From assembly GCF_006345805.1 (NCBI RefSeq), contig NC_042998.1, positions 106,454,001 through 106,518,000 on the forward strand: a stretch of 64,000 bases of DNA, in the 5' to 3' direction. Numbering within the stretch: the first letter of the stretch is position 1; the number at the start of each line of letters is the position of its first letter. Origin of the DNA: Octopus sinensis. Lineage: Eukaryota. Positions 53,210 through 64,000 of this stretch are shown here, in pieces. A program made the position numbers and the translations under genes. Below the pieces are notes generated by a model. The model was given only the letters and a program-made list of their open reading frames with translations. It ran no database searches and was not told the origin of the DNA.

Positions 53210-55378
53210 TGGTGGTGGAATAGTGCAGTAGATAAAGCCATCTGTGAAAAGAGACGGGCCTGGAAGGATGGGGGCAGCAGGGAACTGTACCAGATAGCCA
53301 AAAGGGAGGCTGGGTGGCAGGTATACATTGCCAAAGATGTAGCAGAAAAGAAGAAGTTTGCCAATGTCCAGCGTCGTGAGGATCAAAGAGCTGAAGTATT
53401 TCGGATTGCCAGACAGTGTGTCAGAGAAAATAGCGATGTTATAGGAGAGAAATGTGTCCGCATGGATGATGGGGCACTTGCTTTTACTACTAGTGAAAAG
53501 AAAGAGGCTTGGAGAAGCCATTATGAAAGACTACTGAATGAGGAGAATGAATGGGAGGAGGAGAGCCTGCCAAATGTTGACCCAGTAGAGGGACCAGCTA
53601 CCCGAATAGACAGCTCCCTTGTAGATAAGGCAATTAAGGATATGAAACCAGGCAAAGCCCCTGGCCTATCAGGAATCACTGCTGAGATGCTTAAAACAGC
53701 TGGCTATGTGGGCTATGCCATAGTCACCCGCATTGTAAACCAGGTAGTTCACAATGGAGTCATACCCAATGACTGGTGCAGCAGCACCATAGTCAACTGC
53801 TACAAGGGTAAGGGTGATGCTCTAGATAGAAATAACTACAGAGGTATCAAACTGTTGGACCAGGTGATGAAGGTCTCAGAGAAGGTCATAACCAATCTCA
53901 TTAGGGAGAGAATTTGTTTAGATAAAATGCAGTTCGGTTTTGTACCAGGTAGAAGCACCACTGATGCTATATTCCTGGTCCGACAACTGCAGGAGAAGTA
54001 CCTAGCTAAAGATAAACCCCTCTACATAGCTTTTGTAGACTTGGAGAAAGCCTTTGACAGGGTTCCCCGTTCCCTTATCTGGTGGTCGATGCGGAAACTG
54101 GAGATTGAAGAATGGCTAATAAGGGCTGTACAGGCTCTATACAGAGAGGCTGTCAGCAAGGTTAGGATTGGCAACGAATATAGTGAAGAATTCCGGGTAG
54201 AAGTAGGTGTGCACCAGGGCTCAGCCCTCAGTCCCCTTTTATTCATCATAGTCCTTCAGGCAATAACAGAGTAATTCAAAACGGGATGCCCCTGGGAGCT
54301 CCTCTATGCCGATGACCTAGCTCTCATAGCAGAATCACTACCGGAACTAGAAGAGAAATTTCGGGTGTGGAAGCAAGGGTTGGAATCAAAGGGCCTTAGA
54401 ATAAATGTAGCAAAGACCAAAGTATTAGTAAGCAGCAAGAGGTACTCAGCACACATCCCCTCGGGTAGGTGGCCCTGCTCAACCTGTAGGAAAGGTACAG
54501 GTAGAAACTCCATAAGATGCACCCAATGTAAGTTATGGACACATAAGAGGTGCAGCAACATTAAAGGGAAATTAACAGATAAGATAGCTTTCATGTGCGG
54601 CAGATGCACAGGGACAATAGACACAACAGACACTCAGAAAACAGATTCCATCACACTCCAGGGAGAGAAACTAGAAGTAGTTGATAGTTTCCGCTACCTG
54701 GGAGACCAAGTTAGTAGCGGAGGTGGATGCACAGAGAGTATCACCACTAGAATACGAATAGCCTGGGCAAAGTTCAGAAAGCTCCTACCCCTACTGGCAA
54801 CAAAAGGTCTCTCCCTCAGAGCAAAAGGTAGATTGTATGATGCATGTGTGCGAACTGCCATGCTTCACGGTAATGAAACATGGGCTGTGACTGCAGAAGA
54901 CATGCGTAGACTTGAAAGAAATGAAGCTAGCATGATCCGCTGGATGTGTAGTGTCAGTGTGCACGCAAAACAGAGTGTAAGTATCCTGAGAGAAATGCTG
55001 GATATAAGAAGCATCAGATGTGGTGTGCAAGAGCGACGCTTGCGATGGTATGGTCATGTGCTGCGGATGGATGAAGAGAGATGTGTGAAGAAGTGCCACT
55101 CCCAAACAGTTGAAGGTATCAGGGGGAGAGGTAGACCCAGGAAGACATGGGATGAGGTGGTCAAGCATGACCTCAGAGCATTGGGCCTCACTGAGGCAAT
55201 GGCGAAGGACCGAGATCTCTGGAGATATGCTGTGACTACAAAGACCCGGGCTGCTTTCTGCAGCAATTCCACATACCCCCTACCCATTCTAAGTACCCCG
55301 GATCCCCAAAGTACCCTGGATCCCCAAAGTACCCCGATCCCCAAAGTACCCCGGACCTCGTTGCCCCCGTGCCGCTAA
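53210..55378 (+). pseudogene. RTE reverse transcriptase ORF with one premature stop (TAA 54272-54274) and internal PHD finger
   Basis: ORFs 53462-54274 and 54365-55378 share a frame; FKTGCPWELLYADD follows the stop in frame; no endonuclease domain. Confidence 0.93.
55291..55357 (+). repeat. 17-18-bp minisatellite (aagtaccccggatcccca) at the RTE ORF/UTR junction
   Basis: Nearly four copies, starting 55291, 55309, 55327 and 55344. Confidence 0.9.
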
Positions 55379-55837
55379 CACGTTAAAATGCTCGAACCGA
55401 TCGTGACGATGCCGGACCCTCCGGCCCCTGTGCAGGTGGCACGTAAAAAGCACCCAATCCACTCACGGAGTGGTTGGCGTTAGGAAGGGCATCCAGCCGT
55501 AGAAACTCTGCCAGATTCAGACTGGAGCCTGGAGCGGCCCCTGGCTTCCCAGACCCGGTCGAACCGTCCAACCCGTGCTAGCGCGGAAAGCGGACGTTAA
55601 ACGATGATGATATATATATATATATAAATATTTGAGTAGTTGAATGAATTATCTTATTAAGGATAATTCGAAAGATAACCAATACCTGGGTAGCAAATTC
55701 ACATCAGAAAGAACACGGTTGAAGCTACGTCCCTAGGGCATAGACTACGTGTCTTCGTGCGGAAATTTGTATGTTTATTTTTAAATTATAAGTATATGAA
55801 AGAATGGAGTTGAACGACTAGTTAACAAATATCCTTT

Positions 55838-55920
55838 ATTCTCGACATGTTTCGAAGACTGCATATTCTTAATTCCGAAGGAATAAGGAGTACATTATGC
55901 AGATTTCTCATCAGGAAAAT
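55838..55920 (-). ncRNA. Type I hammerhead ribozyme motif, intact core (left arm)
   Basis: Minus: attttc CTGATGA gaaa...cttc GAAA catg TC gagaat. Confidence 0.8.
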
Positions 55921-56013
55921 CAAGGAACTTATGTCGACATCAAAATGCATAAAAAACTGAGAGCAGTCAGCTAAAAGTTTTTTGTGCATTTTGATGTCGA
56001 CATAAGTTCCTTG

Positions 56014-56098
56014 ATTTTCCTGATGAGAAATCTGCATAATGTACTCCTTATTCCTTTGGAATTAGGAATATGCAGCCTTCGAAACATATGTCGAGAAT
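56014..56098 (+). ncRNA. Type I hammerhead ribozyme motif, intact core (right arm)
   Basis: attttc CTGATGA gaaa tctgcata...tatgcagc cttc GAAA catatg TC gagaat; GUC triplet. Confidence 0.88.
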
Positions 56099-56150
56099 AA
56101 AGGATATTTGTTAACTAGTCGTTCAACTCCATTCTTTCATATACTTATAA

Positions 56151-56220
<70 letters not shown>

Positions 56221-56458
56221 CATACATATATATATATAGGTTATGAGAGGTAATGGTGTCAGTAAGACCCAAAGGTGTCAGGTAATGCTGAGTAAGTGCT
56301 ATGCATAGACCATAGTTAAGCTCCAGGTTCAGTGATTAGGTGAATAAGGAGTCCAATGTAGGTCATATATCAGCATGTGTATATATAAAAAAATTTTTTT
56401 CTGAATGAGATAAAAAAAACCAAGACTGTGAAAATTTTAGAACATTTATAAATAAAAG

Positions 56459-56506
56459 GTCTTACAGCTGTTTCCAGAATATTTATTATATCCCTTCATT
56501 GAAGAC
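56459..56506 (-). ncRNA. Decayed type I hammerhead motif
   Basis: Minus: gtct tcaATGA agggatat...tattctg GAAA cagctg TA agac. Confidence 0.55.
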
Positions 56507-57477
56507 AACGTGAGAAAAGGGTTAAGCAATAGTTAATTTATATAAAATACGAAATAGAGAGTGAAGTAGAGGAATGAAAATATATGTGAGATATGAAGGG
56601 ATATTGCATTTGTAGATCCATCATTTAGGCAGAATGGTATGCATATAAGATTCCAATAACTTGTGAGTAAAATCTAATAGTATATAAAATTGGTTATTCC
56701 AAGTATAGGGTTTGTACACAGTGCTATTGAATCAAGGGTCTTATTTAAAGTGACCTAAAAGTAGGGAATGTATTTGTAAGGTCAAATCGAAAACAGGAAG
56801 AGAGGAATAAAGAAAAGAGAAAAAAAAGAGGAAGAAAGGAATAAAGAAAAGAAAAACAAGGAGAGAGATAATAAGGGAAAGTTTACCAGTTAGTGGTCAG
56901 TCAAGATAATTTGAAAGTAGGAATGGGGAGAAGAGGGTGATAGAGAGAGAAAGATATTAGAGTGTAAAAAGATAGAAGGAATGGGGGTGATAGAGAGAGA
57001 GAAAGGTATAAAAAGTAAAGGAGTGTTATTATGTAGTGATAGAGTCTAAGTGATGGGGCAGAGAGAAGGGTAGTAGTATGGAATGAAGAATTTAGATTAG
57101 GTGGTTGGACAGGTCATTGCTTAGTAGTAGAAGAAAATATATATGTGAAGATGTATACATATGTATATATTATAGACATGTATATATATATATATATATA
57201 TTTATACAGATGTTTATACATATCGATATCTACATATACAACTCGTACATATGTGTATATGTACACATGCACACCCATATATATGTGTATCTGTATTATC
57301 GCCCCTGTATATGCAGGTATACATACCTTGCATACATATACACATACATTCATACATACGCTCATGCATACATACACACACACATACATATAAACACACA
57401 TATGCATGCATGCATATACACACAAATATAATTAAATGGTTGTGATATTCGAGTATGAGTGAGGAATTAGATATATA

Positions 57478-57546
57478 CCGTCCAACCCGTGCTAGCGCGG
57501 AAAACGGACGTTAAACGATGATGATGATGATGATGATGATGATGAT
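57478..57546 (+). mobile_element. Severely 5'-truncated RTE 3' end
   Basis: ccgtccaacccgtgctagcgcggaaaacggacgttaaac(gat)n. Confidence 0.9.
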
Positions 57547-57589
57547 ACTGTATGGTCGTTTAGGCATTTGAATTTGTGGTAGAATTTGA

Positions 57590-57960
57590 ATGTGAAAAAA
57601 GCGGTGATTGCATGTGCTTAGTGCCTCGTAATGTTTATTTTGCAGTGTTGGAGAGTTGTGCTTTAATATGTAAAGTGCCTCCTTCAGGCAAAATTTGCAG
57701 GTTGAGCGTTGACCTCGGTAGGGAAGCCCTGAGTCCAGTATGGACCATGATAGAGTATAGGGTATATTTGTATTTTTGAGATGATGTATGTGGTTGGTGA
57801 CTGTGGTAGATTTACTATGTTTATCATATCTAAAAGAATGGAGGTGAGCAGCATATATTTGCTTAAAACTTTTGGTTAATCCTATGTATATGGCAGTAAA
57901 GTTGTGTAATAGATTAAGGACAGTGCATTTGTAAATTAAACAAGTTGTAAATAAACAAGT
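57590..57960 (-). pseudogene. GIY-YIG endonuclease of a Penelope-like element (Naiad/Chlamys-like)
   Basis: LIYKCTV...IYIGLT..FKQIY..HLHSF...CKFCLKEALYI...LQNK..E..STCNH. Confidence 0.8.
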
Positions 57961-58285
57961 TGGAACTAGTGTTTTGTTTTGAGACACTCTACCAGTACAC
58001 GAAGTTTCAAATTATTTAGTTAACTAGAAAGATCTGACGTCCAGGCAACGAAAATGAAAAGATCCCAAGTTGGAACTAGTGTTTTGTTTTGAGACACTCT
58101 ACCAGTACACGAAGTTTCAAATTATTTAGTTAACTAGAAAGATCTGACGTCCAGGCAACGAAAATGAAAAGATCCCAAGTTGGAACTAGTGTTTTGTTTT
58201 GAGACAATCTACCAGTACACGAAGTTTCAAATTATTTAGTTAACTAGAAAGATCTGACGTCCAGGCGACAAAAATGAAAAGATCC
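57956..58285. repeat. 110-bp tandem repeat, three copies
   Basis: caagttggaactag at 57956, 58066 and 58176. Confidence 0.97.
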
Positions 58286-58481
58286 GTAAATTACATCATA
58301 TCTTCTGCAATGGGTTTGTAATGGGCAGATGGTTCCAGGATGGCAATTATAATTAGGTCAATTTTGGGGAACAGAGGAGGTAATATCATCAGAGGAGAGA
58401 TTAGAGAAGGGGGTAGAAGATTCTATATTGTTAGTATTATTAACGTTATCATTACCATCATTGCTATTATTACTACTGTTG

Positions 58482-58513
<32 letters not shown>

Positions 58514-58516
<3 letters not shown>

Positions 58517-59586
58517 AATACAAAAAATGGGACAAGAATGCAACAGGTGACAACAAAACATCCAGACAGTTAGATTATACAAAAAGGGACAAGAAAAATC
58601 AAATATGGGTCATTCAGAGTTTTCTTTCCTCAGTTGAGTTCCAGGTCATCTTTGCAGTTTTTGCTGGTTATACTTGAGACTGCTCCAATCTGGCCAGCCC
58701 CAAGGAAAATCTAAGCTATGAGCACTAGATTCCTTGGAAGAAAGCAGCAAATGTATATGAAAACAAGGATGGAAAAAAACGGAGAAATGGTACACATATA
58801 CAAATGCAATCAACAGAACAGTAACAACAGTGCCTTTCGACTAAGGATGAATTAAATTAAGCTGGAATGTGTGGAAGTGAAGCCTTACAGCAGGGACATA
58901 AGAGATGACAGGCATGGGAAGGAATATAGATGTTGCACAGATGGTAGTCGAACCAAGAAAGAAAGGTCAGGCTTGGCAGAACACTGGTCCCGTGGAAGGA
59001 AAGGAGAGGGGTAGAGGCAGAGGAATAGAAGAATTAGGGAGGGATGAGAAAGAAAGAGAAAAGAAAAGAGACAGAGTGAAGTGAAAGAGGAGGGAAGGTG
59101 AGAATGAAAGGAAGGCCAAGAAATGTGAGAGGAGGAGTGAAAGAAAGAAGAGTGAAAAGAACGAAGTAAGTGTGAAGGGGCTGAAAGAAAGAAAGAAAGA
59201 ATAAGAGAGTCGTGCAAAATTAAGATATGTATATATATATATATATATATATATGTACTTACATATAAGATACCAAAGTGTACATATACCACTATATGTA
59301 TATAAGAAAGAATGCAAAAAATGAGACAAGAATACAACAGTTGACAACAAAACATCCAAACAGTTAGATGATACACAAAGGGACAAGATAAAACAAGGAC
59401 AGGTCATTCGGAGTTTTCTTTCTCAGTCAAGTTCCAGATCATCTTTGCAGTTTCAGCTGGTTATACTTGAGATTGCTCCAATCTGACCAGCCCCATGGAA
59501 AATCTAAGCTAAGAATACTAGATTCCTTGGAGGAAAGCAGCAAATGTATATGAAAACAAGGATGGAAAAAAATGGAGAAATGGTAC
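58514..59586 (-). mobile_element. Partial-tandem non-coding repeat (direct repeats 58514-58794 and 59308-59586), probably a PLE-type terminus
   Basis: Two diverged ~280-bp copies, each abutting TA-rich microsatellite and holding a multi-helix motif. Confidence 0.65.
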
Positions 59587-59587
59587 A

Positions 59588-59740
59588 ATGGGTTTCTTTC
59601 AGTTTCTGTCAACCAATCCACTCACAAGGTTTGGGCCAACCCAAGTCCATAGTAGAAGACACTTGCCCAAAGTGCCATGCAGTGGAACCATGTGGTTGGG
59701 AAGTAAGCTTTTTACCACTCAGCTATGCCTGCACCTATAA
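59588..59740 (-). mobile_element. SINE family A, 5' half
   Basis: tagtagaagacacttgccca...ccatgtggttggg. Confidence 0.8.
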
Positions 59741-59989
59741 TGTACATAGATTTACATATACACACCCATATATGTATAAACAAATATACAGATATACATG
59801 CAAATATACAGTTACATGTACTTCATACAAATATATACGTAAACATATTTATGTAAGTATATATGTATATACATATAGACACATATACACATGGATAAAT
59901 CCTGTGGAGAAACTTCTATAGTTCATTCACTGGGAGTCTAGGTGTTATTAGAATATGTAAAGTGTACTTTAAAATATATAATACTGGAT

Positions 59990-60720
59990 TCATGTAAACC
60001 AAATAGTTGTTAAAAAAAGAGGATGTTTGAGCACAATATCAGCTGATTTAATGGAAATTATAGTTTCTGCAAAATTAATTGAATAATGGAGGATAGATTT
60101 AATTATATTTACTCACATACATCAAACTGGAATAAGTCATTCTTTTTTTTTATTTTGGATAGTATTCATTACAGAGATTGAATTTTTCCATAGGTGTAGA
60201 GATGGTAGGCACTAAAGCTGAAGAATAAAAGAATCAATTGATAATTCAAGAGTCTGTTTTTAAAGGATTTATATGTCCAGTAAGGTTTAATTTGTAGGTT
60301 CTTAAAGAGATGTAAGGTTCCTGTGAAATTATAATATTAGTTCAATTTTCGATATCAGAGTAGGTAACAATATTTTTTGCTAATATATTGACTTCATCTA
60401 AGGCAGACATTTTGTATGTGCTTGAAATAGTACTCTATATAAGTTGGCAATATATTTGTTTGTCAATGCCATAGACATTTTCCATTTTCATCAGATTTTG
60501 CTAAAATGTTATTTAATTCTTTATCTTGTTGATTTTACTGCATAAGTCTTTTTGGAAGTTGTTCATTTTACTATATTGGTAGTAAATAACTACTTTTGGA
60601 AGTTATTATTAAACTTACTCTTTTCTTTTTATCATGAAGGATAAATCATTTTCAAATTGTTGAAAATTAATGTTGTCTTGGAGGAATTTAGTAGTTTTTA
60701 GTTTACGACTGCTTATTTTA
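59990..60720 (-). pseudogene. Highly degenerate PLE reverse transcriptase N-terminal region (Naiad-like)
   Basis: Pieces across frames: FENDLSFMI, NNFQKDL, NVYGID, ISSTYK, PYISL, INPLKTD, FQFDV. Confidence 0.55.
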
Positions 60721-61819
60721 TTTTTGTTTTTGTCTTTTTTTTGTTTTTGTTGTTGTGCTGTCAGCAAAGGGTTGTTTTTTCTCAAAAAAGTGTTTTTTCT
60801 ATTTATTTTTAATAAAGTTTTGTGTGTGTGCGTGTGTGTGTGTGTGTCTGTGCATGTGTGAGTGTGTGTGTGTCTGTGCGTGTGCATGCATGTGTTAAGC
60901 GCCTAGAATCGGTTTCCCAGGGTGAGGCTGGAATATTTTTCATCATAAACAGGAATATGCTTTGGCTACAGCTTCATTGGTAACAGTCTATATCTAAAAG
61001 TACTTGACTGGAAATAGGAACATATATTTATGTTAGAAATGTCAATTTATAAAGTTATAAACAACCATCAAACTTTTATTGATAAAAGAACTCAATACTG
61101 ATAACAGAGTTGAATTTAACATGCTTATAGAGTTGACTGCAACTTCAAGTTTCACCTAGCTTATTCAGCCAGTGCGCAAAATGCAAAATTATTTCCTTAT
61201 ACTGATGACATTCGTCTTGTAAATATTTTAACAACAAAGAAATGACTAAAATCACTTACTACAAAACACAATTCAATTGATTTTTGTTAAACACAACAAT
61301 ATGTTATATGTGTACATTCTCACAAATTCACGAAACTTTATCTTGATCAATGAAAATTAAGATCAATTATTTTTTGCTTCTGAATTTTGTCATGTTTTTA
61401 ACCTGTGCTCACAAACCATGAGCCACCCACTTGATTATTGTATCATGATATCAACAAGACTGGGAAAGGTATATACTACATTGTTCCCTTGGCTTTGACA
61501 CACACATGCACATGTGCACACACACACACATATGCACACACACATATTACAATTTTACTTAGGCATAGCAAAATGAATAACCAGTTGTTAGAATTCATAT
61601 GCTTTAGAACAAAGTAATTGATGAGTACAGAGCATAATATTAATTATTGACTGACAAGGGAATGAGAATTATGTAATCAACATCATTAGCTTAGAGGTGT
61701 ATATATGTATATGCATATAAATATATAAACTTACTTGGAAATAGATGTGTGGCATTCAATTAAATAATAATACAAATAATATATGTATGTATATATATAT
61801 ATTTATATATATATGCATA

Positions 61820-61960
61820 TATGGGTACAGGATGTCACCAACTGTGTAAACAACATGAAGCACGAGAACAAATGAGTTAAATATGCAAACAATAAGAGAA
61901 AAACATGGATAACAGGACAAGAAACATGGAGAACAACCCTTCATCAGTTGTCGGTTATCG
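61820..61960 (-). mobile_element. Short terminus with CTGATGA, truncated by the adjacent RTE-tail element
   Basis: Minus gacaaCTGATGAaggg, then T-rich ttcttgtcc tract ending at TA repeats; same layout as the 58514 element. Confidence 0.45.
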
Positions 61961-61999
61961 AGGCAAGTGAAATCAATCAAAAGCAAAATCAAAATCAAA

Positions 62000-62411
62000 T
62001 TCGATGACTGGCGTCCATGCTAGCAAGGTGCAAAGAGTACCATACGAGCATGATCATTGACAGAGTGGGTAACTGGCTTCTGTGCCAGTGGCACGTAAAA
62101 GGGCACCATTTGAGCGTGATCATTACCAACGTCGCCTTACTGGCACCTGTGCTGGTGGCATGTGTAAAAGGATTCGAGCGAGGTCATTGCCAGTTCCGCC
62201 TGACTGGCCCCTCTGCTGGTAGCACGTAAAAAGCACCCACTACACTCTCGGAGTGGTTGGCATTAGGAAGGGCATCCAGCTGAAGAAACTCTGCCAAATC
62301 AAGATTGGAGCCTGGTGCAGCCATCTGGTTCGCCAGCCCTCAGTCAAAATCGTCCAACCCATGCTAGCATGGAAAGTGGACGTTAAACGATGATGATGAT
62401 GATGATGATGA

Positions 62412-62416
<5 letters not shown>
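62000..62416 (+). mobile_element. RTE-type 3' tail element with tandem units
   Basis: Closely similar to 4895-5292. Confidence 0.88.
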
Positions 62417-62476
<60 letters not shown>

Positions 62477-62498
62477 GCATATTATGTATATATATATA

Positions 62499-62758
62499 TC
62501 AGGAAGAAAAACTAGAAGTAGTTGATAGCTTCCATTACCTAAGGGACCAAGTCAGTAGCAGGGGTGGATGCTCTGAAATTGTAGCTGCTAGAATGAGAAT
62601 AGCCTGGGCGAAGTTCAGAGAGCTCCTACCTCCACTGGTAACAAAGGCCCTCTCACTCAGAGTAAAAGGTAGACTGTATGATGCATGTGTGTGAACAGGC
62701 ATGCTACATGGCAGTGAAACATGGGCCATGACTGCTGAGGATACGTGTAAGCTTGCAA
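62499..62758 (+). pseudogene. Internal RTE RT fragment
   Basis: Collinear with 54658-54915 (EKLEVVDSF.YL...RIAWAKFR.LL). Confidence 0.9.
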
Positions 62759-62859
62759 TGCTTACACATATTATAATCTATATTATAATCTATTATAGAG
62801 ACAACAGTTCATAAAACAATTAACTGAATAATAAATATTTTAAATTGTATATGATATAT

Positions 62860-62913
<54 letters not shown>

Positions 62914-62941
62914 TATACACATACACACACACACACATATT

Positions 62942-63210
62942 CAGTATAAGTAGGAAGATATATTATAGAGTAGAAAAATCTGTCAGCAACCAGCCATAAG
63001 ACTCAAACTCACATCCCTTCACTTTCCAGTCAAAGCGCTTTACCATTTAAGCTAAACTGCATTACTGACAAATTCTTCTGCAATTTAGAATTTATGAATT
63101 CATCTAGGAACACTAGATGGAATAGAAATTGAAGGGATGTGAGTTCGAGTCTCATGGCTAGTTACTGACAGATTTTTCTGCTCTGTAAAGATTTTATCCT
63201 ATATATGCTG
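62942..63210. repeat. Inverted repeat containing a tRNA-like sequence
   Basis: Arms ~62942-63026 / 63125-63210; minus strand 62990-63060 has D arm gctt-aaatggta-aagc and a T arm; right arm has gtgag ttcgagt ctcat. Confidence 0.7.
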
Positions 63211-63219
63211 TAATATATA

Positions 63220-64000
63220 CGAGGGGCGTTCAATAAATAATGCCTCTGGCCCACTTGCAGTTTTTTGATCTAGCTGAAATTTTGCATGTGCAATTATTTA
63301 TATCTCTATAGATTAAGTAGCAAATTATAGCTCTGAACTAATTGTGGTTTCTGATTTACAGGTGTTTGAACTGAGTCAAGTGTGAAATGGAGCCTGTTGA
63401 GTGTCGAACAGTGATCTGGTTTTTGTATTTGAAAGGACTCACACCACGAGAGACTTTTACTGAAATGAAAGTAATTTATGGTGATGATGGCCCATCATAT
63501 GACCTTGTAAAATGCTGGCATCGTGAAATCAAACATGGTCGGAACTCTGTGGAAACAGCTCCCAGATCTGGTCGCCCCACTTCTGCCATTGATGAGGTAT
63601 CTGTCCGTCAAGTTGAGGCTGCCATTTTGGAAGATCGACACATAACTATTCGCCAAATATTCCATTAGGTCAAGATTAGTACCAGGTCTGTGGAAACTAT
63701 CATTCATGACTATTTGCATATGCAAAAGGTGTCTGCCAGATGGATTCCCAGGTTGCTCACACCTTTCCAGAAGCAAGAACACGTCAAGTGCTCGAGGATG
63801 AATTTGGAGATGTGCCAAGAAGACGAGTCAAACTTTTTCAAAAGACTGATAACACAGGATGAAACCTGGGTCCATCACTATGATCCAGAGACCAAAGCCC
63901 AGTCAATGCAGTGGAAGCACCGTGACTCACCTCCTCCAAAGAAGGCAAGTGTGCAGCCCTCCACTGGCAAGATCATGCTCACAATCTTCTGGGACCAGGA
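63220..64000 (+). mobile_element. Mariner transposon, 5' part (continues past the window)
   Basis: TA + TIR cgaggggcgttcaataa; frame from ATG 63387 with RSGRP, SARWIPRLL, ITQDETWVHHYDPETK; one in-frame TAG at 63666-63668. Confidence 0.93.

Larger units (their letters stand above)
53210..55611 (+). mobile_element. RTE-clade LINE, 5'-truncated
   Basis: RT motifs NYRGIKLL, QFGF, AFVDLEKAFDRV, GVHQGSALSPLLF, YADD, FRYLG and RGRGRP; structured 3' UTR and (ATG)n tail; sits in (TA)n. Confidence 0.97.
55782..56155. repeat. ~177-bp near-perfect inverted repeat (arms 55782-55958 and 55977-56155), PLE-derived
   Basis: Direct reverse-complement match with an 18-bp spacer; hammerhead in each arm. Confidence 0.95.

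Noticed and set aside
57956-58285. CRISPR-like array
   Set aside because: Units repeat in full with no unique spacers; eukaryotic context and no cas genes.

Overview
AT-rich, microsatellite-dense eukaryotic non-coding DNA. I found no supportable host protein-coding gene; nearly all ORF-track entries are microsatellite or SINE artefacts. The SINE families, RTE tails and simple-repeat density resemble an Octopus genome (inference from recalled repeat families). The window is a mosaic of at least four tRNA-headed SINE families (several with clear TSDs), a 5'-truncated but near-intact RTE LINE with a PHD finger inside its RT, R4/Dong, Tx1 and CR1/Jockey-group LINE remnants, mariner, Tc1 and DD37D DNA transposon relics, MITEs and many Penelope-like element (PLE) remnants. 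The main hidden layer is RNA structure. Four type I hammerhead ribozyme motifs have intact cores and palindromic helix III (21517, 31803, 55838, 56014) and several more are decayed; most lie in PLE-type ends inserted into (TA)n tracts, and two loci are long palindromes with a hammerhead on each strand. A repeated motif (58627-58699, 59420-59492) appears to contain all hammerhead parts in a scrambled, pseudoknotted order. The RTE 3' tail carries a covarying, tandemly amplified hairpin/pseudoknot module. All alignments were done by eye, so boundaries are approximate unless a TSD or motif is quoted.
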